DNA of 64,000 bases from an uncultured Bacillota bacterium (GTDB lineage: Bacteria > Bacillota > DTU025 > MWDF01). Within the stretch, counting starts at the first letter, position 1, and each line of letters starts with the position of its first letter. A program made the position numbers and the translations under genes. Shown here piece after piece: positions 32,309 to 42,367 of this stretch. Under the pieces are notes generated by a model. That model was not told where the DNA came from. It saw only the letters and a list, made by a program, of their open reading frames with translations, and searched no databases. Location of the stretch: NCBI GenBank assembly GCA_963823655.1, contig CAWGMK010000010.1, forward strand, positions 192,001 through 256,000. Direction: 5' to 3'.

Positions 32309-32594
32309 GGACGGCGACGCCAACAGGCTGATTAATCGGCTTTTATAGGGCGCGATGGCGACTTCATCCGGCGGGCTCGTGAAGGCGGGTTGTATCGCAA
32401 AATATGCATAGGGATGCTTCGCATGTTAAAGTATAATTAGCATTGGCCGATCGGAGATTTGGTGCTGCAGGTGGTCCACCAGATTTCCCATATCGGTACG
32501 GCTGCCGGACGGCAATGGAAGTCAGGTAGAGCGGGAGGAAGGAAGACCACTAGTGTCGCAAAGGCCAAAGCCTTAGCAGAAAATCAGAAGGAGA

Positions 32595-34244
32595 GTGACA
32601 ACAAGGATGAAATTTAAAAGGAATGCTCTGATTCTATCAGTAGCTATGGCACTCCTGCTTGCATTGAGCACAGTCAGCTATGCTTGCACGATAGTCGCCG
32701 TAGGTCCGAAGGCTTCGACGGACGGCTCTACGATGGTCACCCACAACGACGACTCAACAGTCGCCGACTTCAGGCTATGGATACTGAAGGGCGGGGAACA
32801 GAAAGAGGGGGCAACAAGGCCTCTGGTAATCGACGGGCATGACTACATCGACTATACAAACTGGCCAAACGTCGATTACACCAAGAACAGAAACGGCGCA
32901 GCCATGGTTGTTGCCGAGCTCCCGCAGCCCAAGAAGACCTACACTTATCTGCATTCGCGCTACTCCTTCATGAACGAAATGGGCGTCTCCATGGGAGAGG
33001 CCACATTCAGCTATGACCGCATAAACGATCGTGAGAAGGCAATCTATTCCACGATGGTCTCCAACAGCCCCGGCGTCATCGACTGCTGGTTGGCCCAGGA
33101 CATAGCACTCGAGCGCGCGGCGACAGCACGCGAAGCAGTGAGAATCATGGGTGACCTGGTCGAGAAGTACGGCTGGCTCGGCCCCGGCGAGACGATCAAC
33201 ATCGCCGACGGCAAGGAAGTCTGGATCGCCGAGTTCTACGGACATGGCGTATGGGCCGCCGTTAGGATTCCCGACGATCATTTCTTCGCGGCAGCCAACA
33301 GGGCCAGGATCGGCGAGATCAACCTCAACGATCCCGCCAACTACATGGCATCCCCGGACATCTACCAGTTCGCGATAGACAAGGGCTGGTATGACCCGAA
33401 GTCCGGCAAGCCCTTCCTCGTGTACGAGAATTACGCCCCTTACAACGGAGTGTATTCTACACGCCGCGAGTGGCGCGCGCTTTCATTGGTAGCACCCTCC
33501 CTCAAGCTCGTTGCGACGGACAAGAGGTTCCCCTTCTCGGTCAAAGCCGAAAAGCAGCTGTCGGTACAGGATGTATGGAACATAAAGGCCGACTACTACC
33601 AGGGCACCGATTATGACATGAGCAAGGGCGCGGCAGCCGGCCCGTGGGGCAACCCCCTCAGGTACCCCAACTCCGACTCACGCGGCGGCAGCTGGGAGCG
33701 CACAATCAATATGCACAGGACCTGCTACCTCATGATCGGCCAGACCAAGGCATGGTTGCCCGATCCAATCAAGGGCGTAGTATGGTACGGCTACGGCGCA
33801 CCCGACACCACATACCTCACACCGCTATGGGCGGCTATGAGCAGCCTACCCAAGTTCTACACCGTCGGCAGCCGCTATGAAGAGTTCAGGCGCGATTCCG
33901 GCTGGTGGACGAACACCTATGTACAGGAGATCGCAACCCTCAAGTACCAGGCCGCTTCGAAGGACATCAAGGACTTCAGGCAGCCCCGTATGAACATGCT
34001 CTACACGATGGTACCGCTTCTCCAGGCCCAGGCTGCAGAGCTTTACAAGACCGACCCGAAGGCAGCATTGAGCCTCATCAGCGAGTTTGCGTACTCGACA
34101 TCAGTGTCTTGGCATGAGGATTGGTTGCTCTTGGGCGACAGGCTCCTCGGCAAGTACGTATTCGGCTCGACCAACCTTAAGACCACGGCGTTCCCGCAGT
34201 GGTGGAACGATCTAATCGGCTTCACCAAGATGCCCGGCATCTGA
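32595..34244 (+). CDS. Secreted C69-family dipeptidase (Ntn hydrolase)
   Basis: Signal peptide followed by nucleophile CTIVAVG, DGSTMVTHNDD, MNEMGV, TAREAV, ANRARI. Confidence 0.88.
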   Translation: MTTRMKFKRNALILSVAMALLLALSTVSYACTIVAVGPKASTDGSTMVTHNDDSTVADFRLWILKGGEQKEGATRPLVIDGHDYIDYTNWPNVDYTKNRNGAAMVVAELPQPKKTYTYLHSRYSFMNEMGVSMGEATFSYDRINDREKAIYSTMVSNSPGVIDCWLAQDIALERAATAREAVRIMGDLVEKYGWLGPGETINIADGKEVWIAEFYGHGVWAAVRIPDDHFFAAANRARIGEINLNDPANYMASPDIYQFAIDKGWYDPKSGKPFLVYENYAPYNGVYSTRREWRALSLVAPSLKLVATDKRFPFSVKAEKQLSVQDVWNIKADYYQGTDYDMSKGAAAGPWGNPLRYPNSDSRGGSWERTINMHRTCYLMIGQTKAWLPDPIKGVVWYGYGAPDTTYLTPLWAAMSSLPKFYTVGSRYEEFRRDSGWWTNTYVQEIATLKYQAASKDIKDFRQPRMNMLYTMVPLLQAQAAELYKTDPKAALSLISEFAYSTSVSWHEDWLLLGDRLLGKYVFGSTNLKTTAFPQWWNDLIGFTKMPGI

Positions 34245-34265
34245 TAAGCTGATTTAATAGCAAAT

Positions 34266-34297
34266 AGAAATCCCGCGGCGCAGGCCGCGGGATTTCT
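34266..34297. terminator. Bidirectional terminator
   Basis: agaaatcccgcggc-gcag-gccgcgggatttct. Confidence 0.75.
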
Positions 34298-34323
34298 TCA
34301 TGTATAGGCCGGGCGTCGCGCCC

Positions 34324-34551
34324 TTAACCGGGGAAAGCCTCGTACCCGACCTTCTCGATAGCCTCGATAAGCTTGCCCAGCTCCGCTTTAGACGGATCGA
34401 ATGAGACATTGACCTTCTTTGCCTCCAGGTCGATCTCCGCGCCTTTTACTCCGGGCACCATTGAAAGGGCCCTTTTAATGGTCATAACGCAGTGCTGGCA
34501 GGTCATGCCGGGCACTAAGATGACGTCTTTGATTACCAGACCGTCTGACAT
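34324..34551 (-). CDS. Heavy-metal-associated domain chaperone (CopZ-like)
   Basis: GMTCQHC, AIEKVGY. Confidence 0.88.
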   Translation of the reverse strand: MSDGLVIKDVILVPGMTCQHCVMTIKRALSMVPGVKGAEIDLEAKKVNVSFDPSKAELGKLIEAIEKVGYEAFPG

Positions 34552-34553
34552 GC

Positions 34554-35315
34554 TCAAGACCTCCTGACGCTTACTTCGCCGGATAAAAGCCGCCTTCTGG
34601 CACCCGAGCCGTCCTCTACTACCAGGGCTCCGAACTCGTCCATGCCTATGGCCTTCGCCTCATAGGAGTTGCCACCGGCCAGGACGGTTATCTTCTTTCC
34701 CTCAAGAACGCTCGAAGAGCTTGCCCCTTTTAACAAGGACGCGCCCCCGTCCGACATATAGGAATTGTATAGGCTACGAAGCTCTTTTAGCAGCCGCTCA
34801 AGCATGACCGACCTTTGTATGCTTATCCCGGAAAGGCGCTCCACGCTTGCGGCTTTCCCTGACAGCTCCTCCGGCATCGGGATGGGCGGCTCGCTGAGGT
34901 TTATGCCGATACCAAGCACAACCCACTCAAGCCCTGAGGGTCCGAAACCCGCCTCGGGCAGCACGCCGCAAAGCTTGAAGCCGTCCAATTCGACGTCGTT
35001 GGGCCACTTAATGCCGGCATTCAGCCCTGCCAGGGCCTTAAGGCTGCGTACGACAGCAAGGGCCCCCATTATTCCGAGCAGCGGGGCTTTTTCGGGGACA
35101 ATGGCGGGGCGCAGCAAGATCGATGCCCAAAGTCCCCAGGGCCCGTCGGAGTGCCATGAGCGCCCGAGCCTGCCCCGGCCCTCAGACTGGGAGTCGGACA
35201 CAACTGTGGTCCATTCGGGGGCGCCCGATGCTGCCAGCGACTTAAGCTCGGCGTTGGTGGAGACTGTGCTCTTCAGCCAGATCACTTCTCCGGGATGCTG
35301 CTGCTGCCTCATCAT
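34554..35315 (-). CDS. birA: Biotin-protein ligase without N-terminal HTH
   Basis: STN, QSEGRGRLGRSW, KWPND, KLCGVL, GIGIN. Confidence 0.93.
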   Translation of the reverse strand: MMRQQQHPGEVIWLKSTVSTNAELKSLAASGAPEWTTVVSDSQSEGRGRLGRSWHSDGPWGLWASILLRPAIVPEKAPLLGIMGALAVVRSLKALAGLNAGIKWPNDVELDGFKLCGVLPEAGFGPSGLEWVVLGIGINLSEPPIPMPEELSGKAASVERLSGISIQRSVMLERLLKELRSLYNSYMSDGGASLLKGASSSSVLEGKKITVLAGGNSYEAKAIGMDEFGALVVEDGSGARRRLLSGEVSVRRS

Positions 35316-36160
35316 GGCCTCACCGTAACATTGTCGATGAGCCTGGTGCCGCCTATCCTTACCGCAAGGGCGATGAGGGAGGGGCCGTTCACCTGGGCCA
35401 AAGGCTGGACGGTGTCGTCATCTACGACTTCTATGTAATCAATGACTGCGGCCGGCACTTCGGAGAGTATCAGGCTTCTCATCGCGGATTTGATCTTCTC
35501 TGTGTTGTAGATTCCATCCGCCACCATCTCCTGGGCTAGCTTGAGAGACCGGGACAGGACAACGGCCTTCTCGCGGTCCATGCCGGACAGGTATGCATTG
35601 CGGCTGCTCATAGCAAGCCCGTCCTGCTCCCTAACTGTGGGCACCGGGACGATCTCTATTCCGAAATTCAGGTCATCGTTCATGCGTTTTAGGACCCTCA
35701 GCTGCTGGGCATCCTTCATGCCGAAGTATGCGCGGTCGGGCTTTGTGATGTTGAACAGCTTGGTGACGACGGTGGCGACGCCCCTGAAATGCCCGGGCCT
35801 GGACGCTCCGCACAAGTGGACTGTCAGCTTTTCGACATCCACGTATGCTAGAGGTTCCCTCGGATACATCTCCTGGGCCGATGGGGCGAATATATAGTCG
35901 ACGCCGACAGCCTCGGCCTTCGCGGCATCCGCATCGAGAGTCCTAGGATATGCCTGGTAGTCCTCGTTCGGTCCGAACTGTATGGGGTTTACGAATACGC
36001 TCATTACCACAAGCCCGCACTCCGATTTCGCCTTGCGCGCCAGCTCAATGTGTCCGGCGTGCAGGGCTCCCATGGTAGGCACAAGACCGATGCTTAAACC
36101 TCCGGCCCTTGCTGCTGCCGTAATCGCCCTCATTTCCGCAATCGTCCTGATTATCTTCAT
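35312..36160 (-). CDS. panC: Pantoate-beta-alanine ligase
   Basis: VPTMGALHAGH, FVNPIQF, RPGHFRGV, AMSSRN, TRLIDN. Confidence 0.96.
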   Translation of the reverse strand: MKIIRTIAEMRAITAAARAGGLSIGLVPTMGALHAGHIELARKAKSECGLVVMSVFVNPIQFGPNEDYQAYPRTLDADAAKAEAVGVDYIFAPSAQEMYPREPLAYVDVEKLTVHLCGASRPGHFRGVATVVTKLFNITKPDRAYFGMKDAQQLRVLKRMNDDLNFGIEIVPVPTVREQDGLAMSSRNAYLSGMDREKAVVLSRSLKLAQEMVADGIYNTEKIKSAMRSLILSEVPAAVIDYIEVVDDDTVQPLAQVNGPSLIALAVRIGGTRLIDNVTVRP

Positions 36161-36217
36161 ACCGCACCTCCGATTTCAAGTCCACCAGCCTGCAGACAAG
36201 CCTTGCAGGCCTGATTG

Positions 36218-37095
36218 TTACTTCTCGCCCAATATGGCTTTAAGCTCCGCCTCTTCTGCGGGGCCCATCCTGAAGCTGTTCTCAGCGGCAGGGAACGAGC
36301 CCGCCTTCACATCGGCCGAGTACTGGGAGATCGCGGCAAGCGCCTGGTTTCCCAGATCGGCGTATATCTTCACGAACCTCGGCTTCTGCATGTCCAGGGA
36401 GCACAAGTTGAGCATATCATAGGTGACAAGGACCTGGCCGTCGCAAGAGGCACCGGCCCCAATTCCTATCGTAATGGCGTTTACGCTTCTGGTAACTTCG
36501 GCTGCGAGCTGCTCCGGCACCTTCTCCAGCACTATGGAGAATACGCCCGCTTCGTCTAGCGCAATAGCATCATCCAGGAGCTTTTTAGCGGCGCCTGCGG
36601 TCTTGCCCTGGAGGCCATAACCTCCCAATGTGTTCACCGACTGCGGCGTGAGCCCGATATGGCCCTGCACGGGTATGCCCACCGAGACGAGCCTTTTAAC
36701 TAGCTTCGCCACTTCGGCCCCGCCCTCAAGCTTGACAGCGTGCGCGCCGGCCTCCTTCAGGAAGCGGCCCGCGTTTCTTACCGCCTCATCCTCGGAAACC
36801 TGGTATGACATGAAGGGCATGTCCGCGACCAGCATAGCCCTTTTTACGCCCCTGGCGGCCGCCGAGACGTGGTGGAGCATCGCCTCCATGGTGACAGGCA
36901 CCGTAGTGTCGTAGCCGAGCATCACATTCCCACAGAGTCCCCGACCAGGATCACATCAATTCCTGCCCTGTCCAGCAGAACTGCCATAGAGTGGTCGTAT
37001 GCCGTAAGGGATGTGACTTTCTCGCCTTTGGCCTTCATCTCCCTTAGGGTATTCACGGTTACTTTCTTTACGGGCTTATCGCTTATATAAGCCAT
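36218..37095 (-). CDS. panB: 3-methyl-2-oxobutanoate hydroxymethyltransferase; frameshift near 36929
   Basis: [39 protein letters not shown]; ATG at 37095. Confidence 0.95.
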
Positions 37096-38018
37096 CGATA
37101 TACACCTCCATAGCTTCGCTTATCTCGTCCAGCCCGGCCTTGTGCGGTGCCGGCCCGTCTAGCGATCTCCAGATCCTTCTTGGCAAGCTCCAGATAGATG
37201 GGCATCATGCCCGGACAGTGCTCGGCGATGAAATCCAGGTTGTGCTTAACGGTTATGGCGTCTCCTCTTACAAAGGGGCCGGTAAGCCCCATCTCGGGTC
37301 CAAGCTTTACGAACGCCTCAACGGTTGCCGCCGAGAGCTTAGCTAGGCCTTCGCGCGCTGATTCCAAGTCCAGGCCGCAGGCTTGCATTCCCTCTGCCGC
37401 CTGCGCGACCAGCGCCATAAGAAGGGGGGAGGCGAGCACCGCGCTTGCATGGTATAAGCCTTTCATCCTGCTTTCTATGCGCCTGAACTTGCCGCCCATC
37501 GCGGCGACAATCCTTTCGGCTTCAATTACGGCCTCATCATCGCCCTCGGCACAGAAGAGAGAACCCGGCAGAGTGCGTATCGCCATCTCGACATCCGGGA
37601 AGGTCTGCAGAGGGTGGAGCGACGCAATGCTGCCGCCAAGATCCTGCAGGGGCTTAAGGGCTGAGGACGGCAAGGCTCCGCTCATATGGTAGAAGCACTT
37701 GCCGGCCAGAGGCGCCGCGCCCAGCATAGCGCCTTCAAGCTCAGCCGCCATGTCGGCGGCGACTTTGGAGATCACCGAATCAATTACGCTAAGGAATACG
37801 ATATCCGCACCTTTTGCGGCCTCGGCGAGGCTTGATGCGCCCTTAGCGCCGCAGTCCAATGCGATCCTTGCGGCTTTGCAGCTGTCGCGAGACCATAGAA
37901 TGCTTACTTCATAGCCTGCCCGGCACAAGCTCACGGCAAGGGCCGTGCCCACCCTTCCGCAGCCAACAATTGCAGCCCTTCTCTTTGAGCCGGGGCTCAA
38001 GCCGTTCTTCTTTGCCAT
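37076..38018 (-). CDS. panG: Rossmann-like + DUF2520 ketopantoate reductase (PanG type); probable late frameshift near 37143
   Basis: [34 protein letters not shown]; directly upstream of panB. Confidence 0.85.
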
Positions 38019-38028
38019 CGAGTCCTCC

Positions 38029-38115
38029 AAAATAAAGTCCGGGCACCATGCCCGGACGAAGCTGTCGATCCGCAAAAGGCATGGAGTACGGTTCGTCATA
38101 GTCTGATACCGTCTC
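38029..38115 (-). promoter_or_regulatory. pan-motif-like RNA hairpin plus intrinsic terminator/antiterminator in the panG leader
   Basis: Minus-strand stem GAG-ACGGU-A-UC...GA-ACCGU-A-CUC with bulged As (38084-38115), then GUCCGGGCA-UGG-UGCCCGGAC-UUUAUUUU (38029-38057). Confidence 0.7.
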
Positions 38116-38191
38116 ATATTGAAGCCTTACTATCTGATATTCTATGCCCTGCCGCATATACCTGCCGGGCTTGGAAGGTTGCTCCCGATCG

Positions 38192-38560
38192 TCAGGTGAG
38201 CACTATCTCCGCCTCGGCATATTCCGCAAAACCGCCCACCGGCGGCACGGGCTTTCTTACCCTTACCGCGACTTTTTGCGGATGGTACTCATCCATCAGC
38301 CGCGCTGCGATGTCGTATGCGAGCGTCTCGATCAGGTTCCTCTTCTCTCCCCCGATAACCTCGCCTGCGATGATGTAGACATGTCCGTAGTCAATGGTAA
38401 GCGCCAGGTCGTCCGACAGCGCCGCGGGCTCAAGGTCGATGAAGAAGTCAGCGTCTACGAAATAGGCCTGGCCGTTCTCCCTCTCTTCCGGAAGGCATCC
38501 GTGGTAGCCGTAGAATTCCATCGATTTGATGCTTATCCTGCCCGTTTCAATCTTGCGCAA
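38192..38560 (-). CDS. folB: Dihydroneopterin aldolase
   Basis: FYGYHGC..EER..GQ, SDDLALTIDY, NLIETLA, VRKP. Confidence 0.93.
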   Translation of the reverse strand: MRKIETGRISIKSMEFYGYHGCLPEERENGQAYFVDADFFIDLEPAALSDDLALTIDYGHVYIIAGEVIGGEKRNLIETLAYDIAARLMDEYHPQKVAVRVRKPVPPVGGFAEYAEAEIVLT

Positions 38561-38590
38561 ATGTCCCACCGCCTTCAAAAGCCAAATGGG

Positions 38591-39827
38591 CTAAGCTCTT
38601 AGGGCATCGGCCACCTTCGCGGCCTGGGCTGATTCTGCAACATCGTGTACTCTCACAATGTCGGCGCCGGCGAGTATTGCAGCAGTAAGGGCCGCCAGGC
38701 TGCCCGGCATCCTGAGAGAGGCGTCCTTGATGCCGGTGAGCTTCCCTATGGTGCTCTTGCGGGACAGGCCGGCAAGTACAGGATAACCCAGGTTGGCAAA
38801 CTCCCGCAATCTCATGAGAAGCTCGATGTTCTGTTCAGGAGTTTTCGAGAAACCGAAGCCCGGGTCAAGGATTATGGAGCTTTCATTCCACGCCGGCCTC
38901 AATTGCCTGCGCAGCCCTTTCGAGGATCTCTGAGGAAACATCCTTCACCACATCGGCATATTCGGTATGCTGCATCATGTCCGCGGGCGTCCCCCTCATA
39001 TGCATGAGCACAAGCCCTGCTTTGAAGGAGGCGGTAAGCTCTGCGATGCGTGTGCCTTGGGCCAGAGCGCTGACATCGTTTATTATGTGCGCCCCTTCAT
39101 CGAGGCTTGCTTTCGCGACTTCCGGTTTCATCGTATCCACCGATATGATGGCGTCCGTCTTTTCGGCCAGGTACCGGACTACGCCGATTACCCTCTGGAG
39201 CTCCTCTTCGGCGCTAACCGCGGCTGAGCCCGGCCTTGTGGATTCCCCGCCGATGTCGATTATATCGGCGCCTTCTTCCAGCATGCGGATGCGAATGCGC
39301 GATCGCGTCCTCAGCTTTATAATGCTTGCCGCCGTCCGAAAACGAATCCGGCGTGACGTTCAATATGCCCATTATGTAGGTGCGTACGCCCATTGGTAGG
39401 AGCCGATCCCGAAGAAGGAGAGGCTTTCTCGTAAGGCGCGGATCATCCATGGACTCAAGTACCGAAGCCAGCTTCTTCAGCCCGAATGGCTGCATGCGGA
39501 GCTTATCGATAAATCTGCCGATGTGGGAGTGCGAGAGAAGCAACACCAAGTCGGTATGATCGGCCCTCAGGCCCGCCACATCTATCGAATAGGCGGCGTC
39601 CCCGCCAACCGAGAGTGCCTCCTGCTTGATAATAATCGCCGCCTTCAAGGCACGCCGTCCACCCTTATGGCGATAGGAAGCGCCTTCCTCAGCATGATCT
39701 TAAGGCCTGCAGGGCTGCAGCCGGTTTCGGCCATGTTCGCCTCCGCGGCCTTCGAATCCCTATAGGCGACGAGCCTGGCCGAGGAGGACCAGTGTTCAGC
39801 CTGCGATAAGTTCACACCAGCCGGCAT
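38591..39827 (-). CDS. folP: Dihydropteroate synthase, long N-terminal form; frameshifts near 39649, 39291 and 38886
   Basis: KQEALSVGGDAA, MGILNVTPDSFSDGG, DIGGESTRPG, LDPGFGF, SRKS, VRVHDV across four ORFs. Confidence 0.93.
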
Positions 39828-39828
39828 A

Positions 39829-40383
39829 TCAGCTGTGCTTCGAAACCGGCAGCCTTCTTGCCGCCTTGGCGACTATCCATGCGATGACGCTGTCGACTGC
39901 ATGGTGCGCCATGGTCCCGAAAAGGACGATGAGCACGGCGGTAACCAGGGTTATGTCGGAGGCTGTGACGCCCGTGCCGCCTGTGAGGGGAAGGCCGAAT
40001 ACGGTGACCATGAGCATGATGGCCACTACCTCAAGAAAACCGTGCAGCGGGGCGGTGGCAATCAGAGCAGAGGTGTAGCTTGCGCCCTTCTTGATCATCA
40101 AAGCGCCGGCAAATGCCCATATCGAATGGGTCAGGGCCCTTGCGGTTATCATTAAGCCCACGGACGACGCGCCATAGGAGATGAGAAATCCTATCGCCGT
40201 GCCTATGCCCACCATGATCGCCACAACCGGCGAGATCAGCATGGAAAGCAGCACCGGCACGTGGGAGGCGAGCGTTGCCGAGAAGGGGGGGATGAAGACC
40301 CTCAAATAGGCGCCGAACATGACCGGTATCATAATGCCCAGGGCGGTGAGAACCGCTCCGTATGCGATATCCCTTGGTTTCAT
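39829..40383 (-). CDS. ECF transporter S component, NiaX-like
   Basis: SATLASHVP, ARALTH, GTMAHHAVD; about 6 TM segments. Confidence 0.75.
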   Translation of the reverse strand: MKPRDIAYGAVLTALGIMIPVMFGAYLRVFIPPFSATLASHVPVLLSMLISPVVAIMVGIGTAIGFLISYGASSVGLMITARALTHSIWAFAGALMIKKGASYTSALIATAPLHGFLEVVAIMLMVTVFGLPLTGGTGVTASDITLVTAVLIVLFGTMAHHAVDSVIAWIVAKAARRLPVSKHS

Positions 40384-40418
40384 TGGACCACCTTCCTTGT
40401 AGGAGGCAGGGCTTTTTG

Positions 40419-41019
40419 CTATTGCCTCCTGATGAGTTTATCTGCGATGTCGAGGACTTGTTTCTTCAAGCCTATCCTATCATGGGTGATAGCCCATATG
40501 AGCTCCTCCGACTTGCGGACCGTATCGGCGTCCTTGATCTCGGCCAGGTAGAAGGATGCGCTCATAAGCGCGCTTCCCGCCGCCGCGTCGAGTAGCATCG
40601 AAGCTGTCGCCAGGTCCAGGGCATGCATGCGGTCAACGCTTTCTGCCGCCAGCTTTGCCAGGGACTGACCGAAATAGGAGGCCTCCAGCAGGGCGATCGA
40701 TGCGTCGATGCCCGCAGAAAGGGCATGTGCCGGCGCTGCCGTCCGTAAATGAGCAGATGAGCTCATCCGCCGCATCTAGCCTTCCTGCCATATCCTCAAG
40801 CTCCCGGGCCAGCGCGATCGCCTTCAAGCAGACACCGTCCTGCCCTTACTGGTCCTTCGAGCAGGCAGCCCTCGAAAGAAGCGCCGCAGCGGCAGCGGCC
40901 GAGACGCAAGCCACCGAGGCGCCGCCAAGGCGGATGTCCTCATCGGCCGCCGCCTCGCAAAGATCCCTGATGCTCATCCCCGGAATGCCGGACTCATCTT
41001 TTGCGATCAGGTCTTCCAT
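40419..41019 (-). CDS. Cyclodeaminase/cyclohydrolase-family protein, disrupted (in-frame TAA at 40846, frameshift near 40750)
   Basis: Directly follows ftcD; LGGASVACVSAA and DLATASMLLDAA resemble the family but are divergent. Confidence 0.55.
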
Positions 41020-41020
41020 C

Positions 41021-41977
41021 TTAGGACTTCCTCCAGACCAGCGCCTCCAGCACCTGCTCCTCATCTAGGGAGGGGAGCATCAGGGCCGCCGCCGCGGTTT
41101 TCATTAGATATTTCAAAGGTATGAGGCCGATTAGCTCGCCTTCGGACGCCTCCACCCCGTATTTGGCTGCCTCCTTGCGTATGGCAGCGAGCGCCTCCAA
41201 AGGCGGGGTTACGTCGCAGTCCACCAGGTTCATGGAGACCTGGGCGCATCCTTTATCCTCTATCATGAAACCGAGCGCCTTGACCTTGGGCAGGCCGCCG
41301 TCCCGCTCGCGAATGGCTTTCGCAATCTTCTTGGCGATGCCGACATCGGACGTGTTCAGGTTCACATTGTATGCGACGAGGAATTGCCTTGCGCCAACGA
41401 CGCTTGCCCCGGCGCTCTCGTGAAGGCCCGGGCCCCCGACATCAGGCTTGCGGTCGGGGTTGGACAGCGCCTCGACAGAAAGCCCCTCGAATTCGCCCTT
41501 CCTTATGTCTGCGAGATTTGTCCTGTCAGGCCTTCTCGCCGCGGCCTCGTAAAAGTAGACCGGGATGCCCAGCTCGCTCCATGCCAGATCCCCGACTATC
41601 CACGACAGCTCGGCGCACTGCTGCATGCTGATGCCGCCGATTGGCACAAAGGGCACGACATCGGTGGCGCCGATTCTAGGGTGCTCCCCCTGATGCTTTC
41701 TCAGGTCTATTAGCTCCTTGGCCTTTTTCATACCGAGAAGAGCGGCGTGTGCCACCGAGGCAGGGGAGCCTGCAATGGTCATGACGGTCCTGTTGTGGTC
41801 AAGATCGGAGGTAGTATGCAGAAGGCTTGCGCCGTCGACTGACGACACCGCAGAGGCGATGGCGTCGATTACCTCTTTGCGCCTGCCTTCGCTGAAATTG
41901 GGCACGCATTCTACCAGCGCACGCCCCAGCCCGTTATTGGCCTCGAATTCCTTCAGACGTTGGGAGATATCCTTCAT
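41021..41977 (-). CDS. ftcD: Glutamate formiminotransferase
   Basis: VECVPNFSEGR, DHNR, HQGEHPRIGATDVVPF, GAR, QVSMNL. Confidence 0.95.
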   Translation of the reverse strand: MKDISQRLKEFEANNGLGRALVECVPNFSEGRRKEVIDAIASAVSSVDGASLLHTTSDLDHNRTVMTIAGSPASVAHAALLGMKKAKELIDLRKHQGEHPRIGATDVVPFVPIGGISMQQCAELSWIVGDLAWSELGIPVYFYEAAARRPDRTNLADIRKGEFEGLSVEALSNPDRKPDVGGPGLHESAGASVVGARQFLVAYNVNLNTSDVGIAKKIAKAIRERDGGLPKVKALGFMIEDKGCAQVSMNLVDCDVTPPLEALAAIRKEAAKYGVEASEGELIGLIPLKYLMKTAAAALMLPSLDEEQVLEALVWRKS

Positions 41978-42157
41978 GAAGCACCTCCAATGACCATGAT
42001 ATCAATTTCTACGCGCCCGGGCACATACCTTCACGCCCACACCGGCATTATTTGAGCATCTTAGTAAGCGACGGTTTTTGCCTACCGCTTTGTACGGAAT
42101 TGGTAAGCAGCAACATCGAGTCTGCTTTAGGGGCCTGCTTGCAGGCAGCATTTAGAA

Positions 42158-42194
42158 ACAAAAGGGCATAGCATGGACGATCCCAGCTATGCCC
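42158..42194 (-). terminator. Terminator after the oadB2/small-subunit pair
   Basis: gggcatagc / gctatgccc followed by a T tract on the minus strand. Confidence 0.55.
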
Positions 42195-42232
42195 GAAAGG
42201 CTGCTCGTATTCGGTTATTTCGCTAAAATAGC

Positions 42233-42355
42233 CTATTTGAAAGCCTTCAGCATGATGACGATGGAAATCCATATGACAATTATGACGCCGAATACCCCTG
42301 CCATGCCTTTTGCGATGATCGGAAGCGTCGGTACAATCGCTTGAAAATTAAACAT
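42233..42355 (-). CDS. 40-aa OadG-related single-TM subunit (below the ORF-track cutoff)
   Basis: GGAGG overlapping the upstream stop; MFNFQAIVPTLPIIAKGMAGVFGVIIVIWISIVIMLKAFK. Confidence 0.8.
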   Translation of the reverse strand: MFNFQAIVPTLPIIAKGMAGVFGVIIVIWISIVIMLKAFK

Positions 42356-42367
42356 ATCCCATACCTC

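Noticed and set aside
36218-39827. Selenocysteine or stop-codon recoding at TGA codons in panB and folP
   Set aside because: The downstream homologous sequence is in a different frame, so these are indels and not read-through
41978-42230. THF riboswitch upstream of ftcD
   Set aside because: No recognisable aptamer consensus
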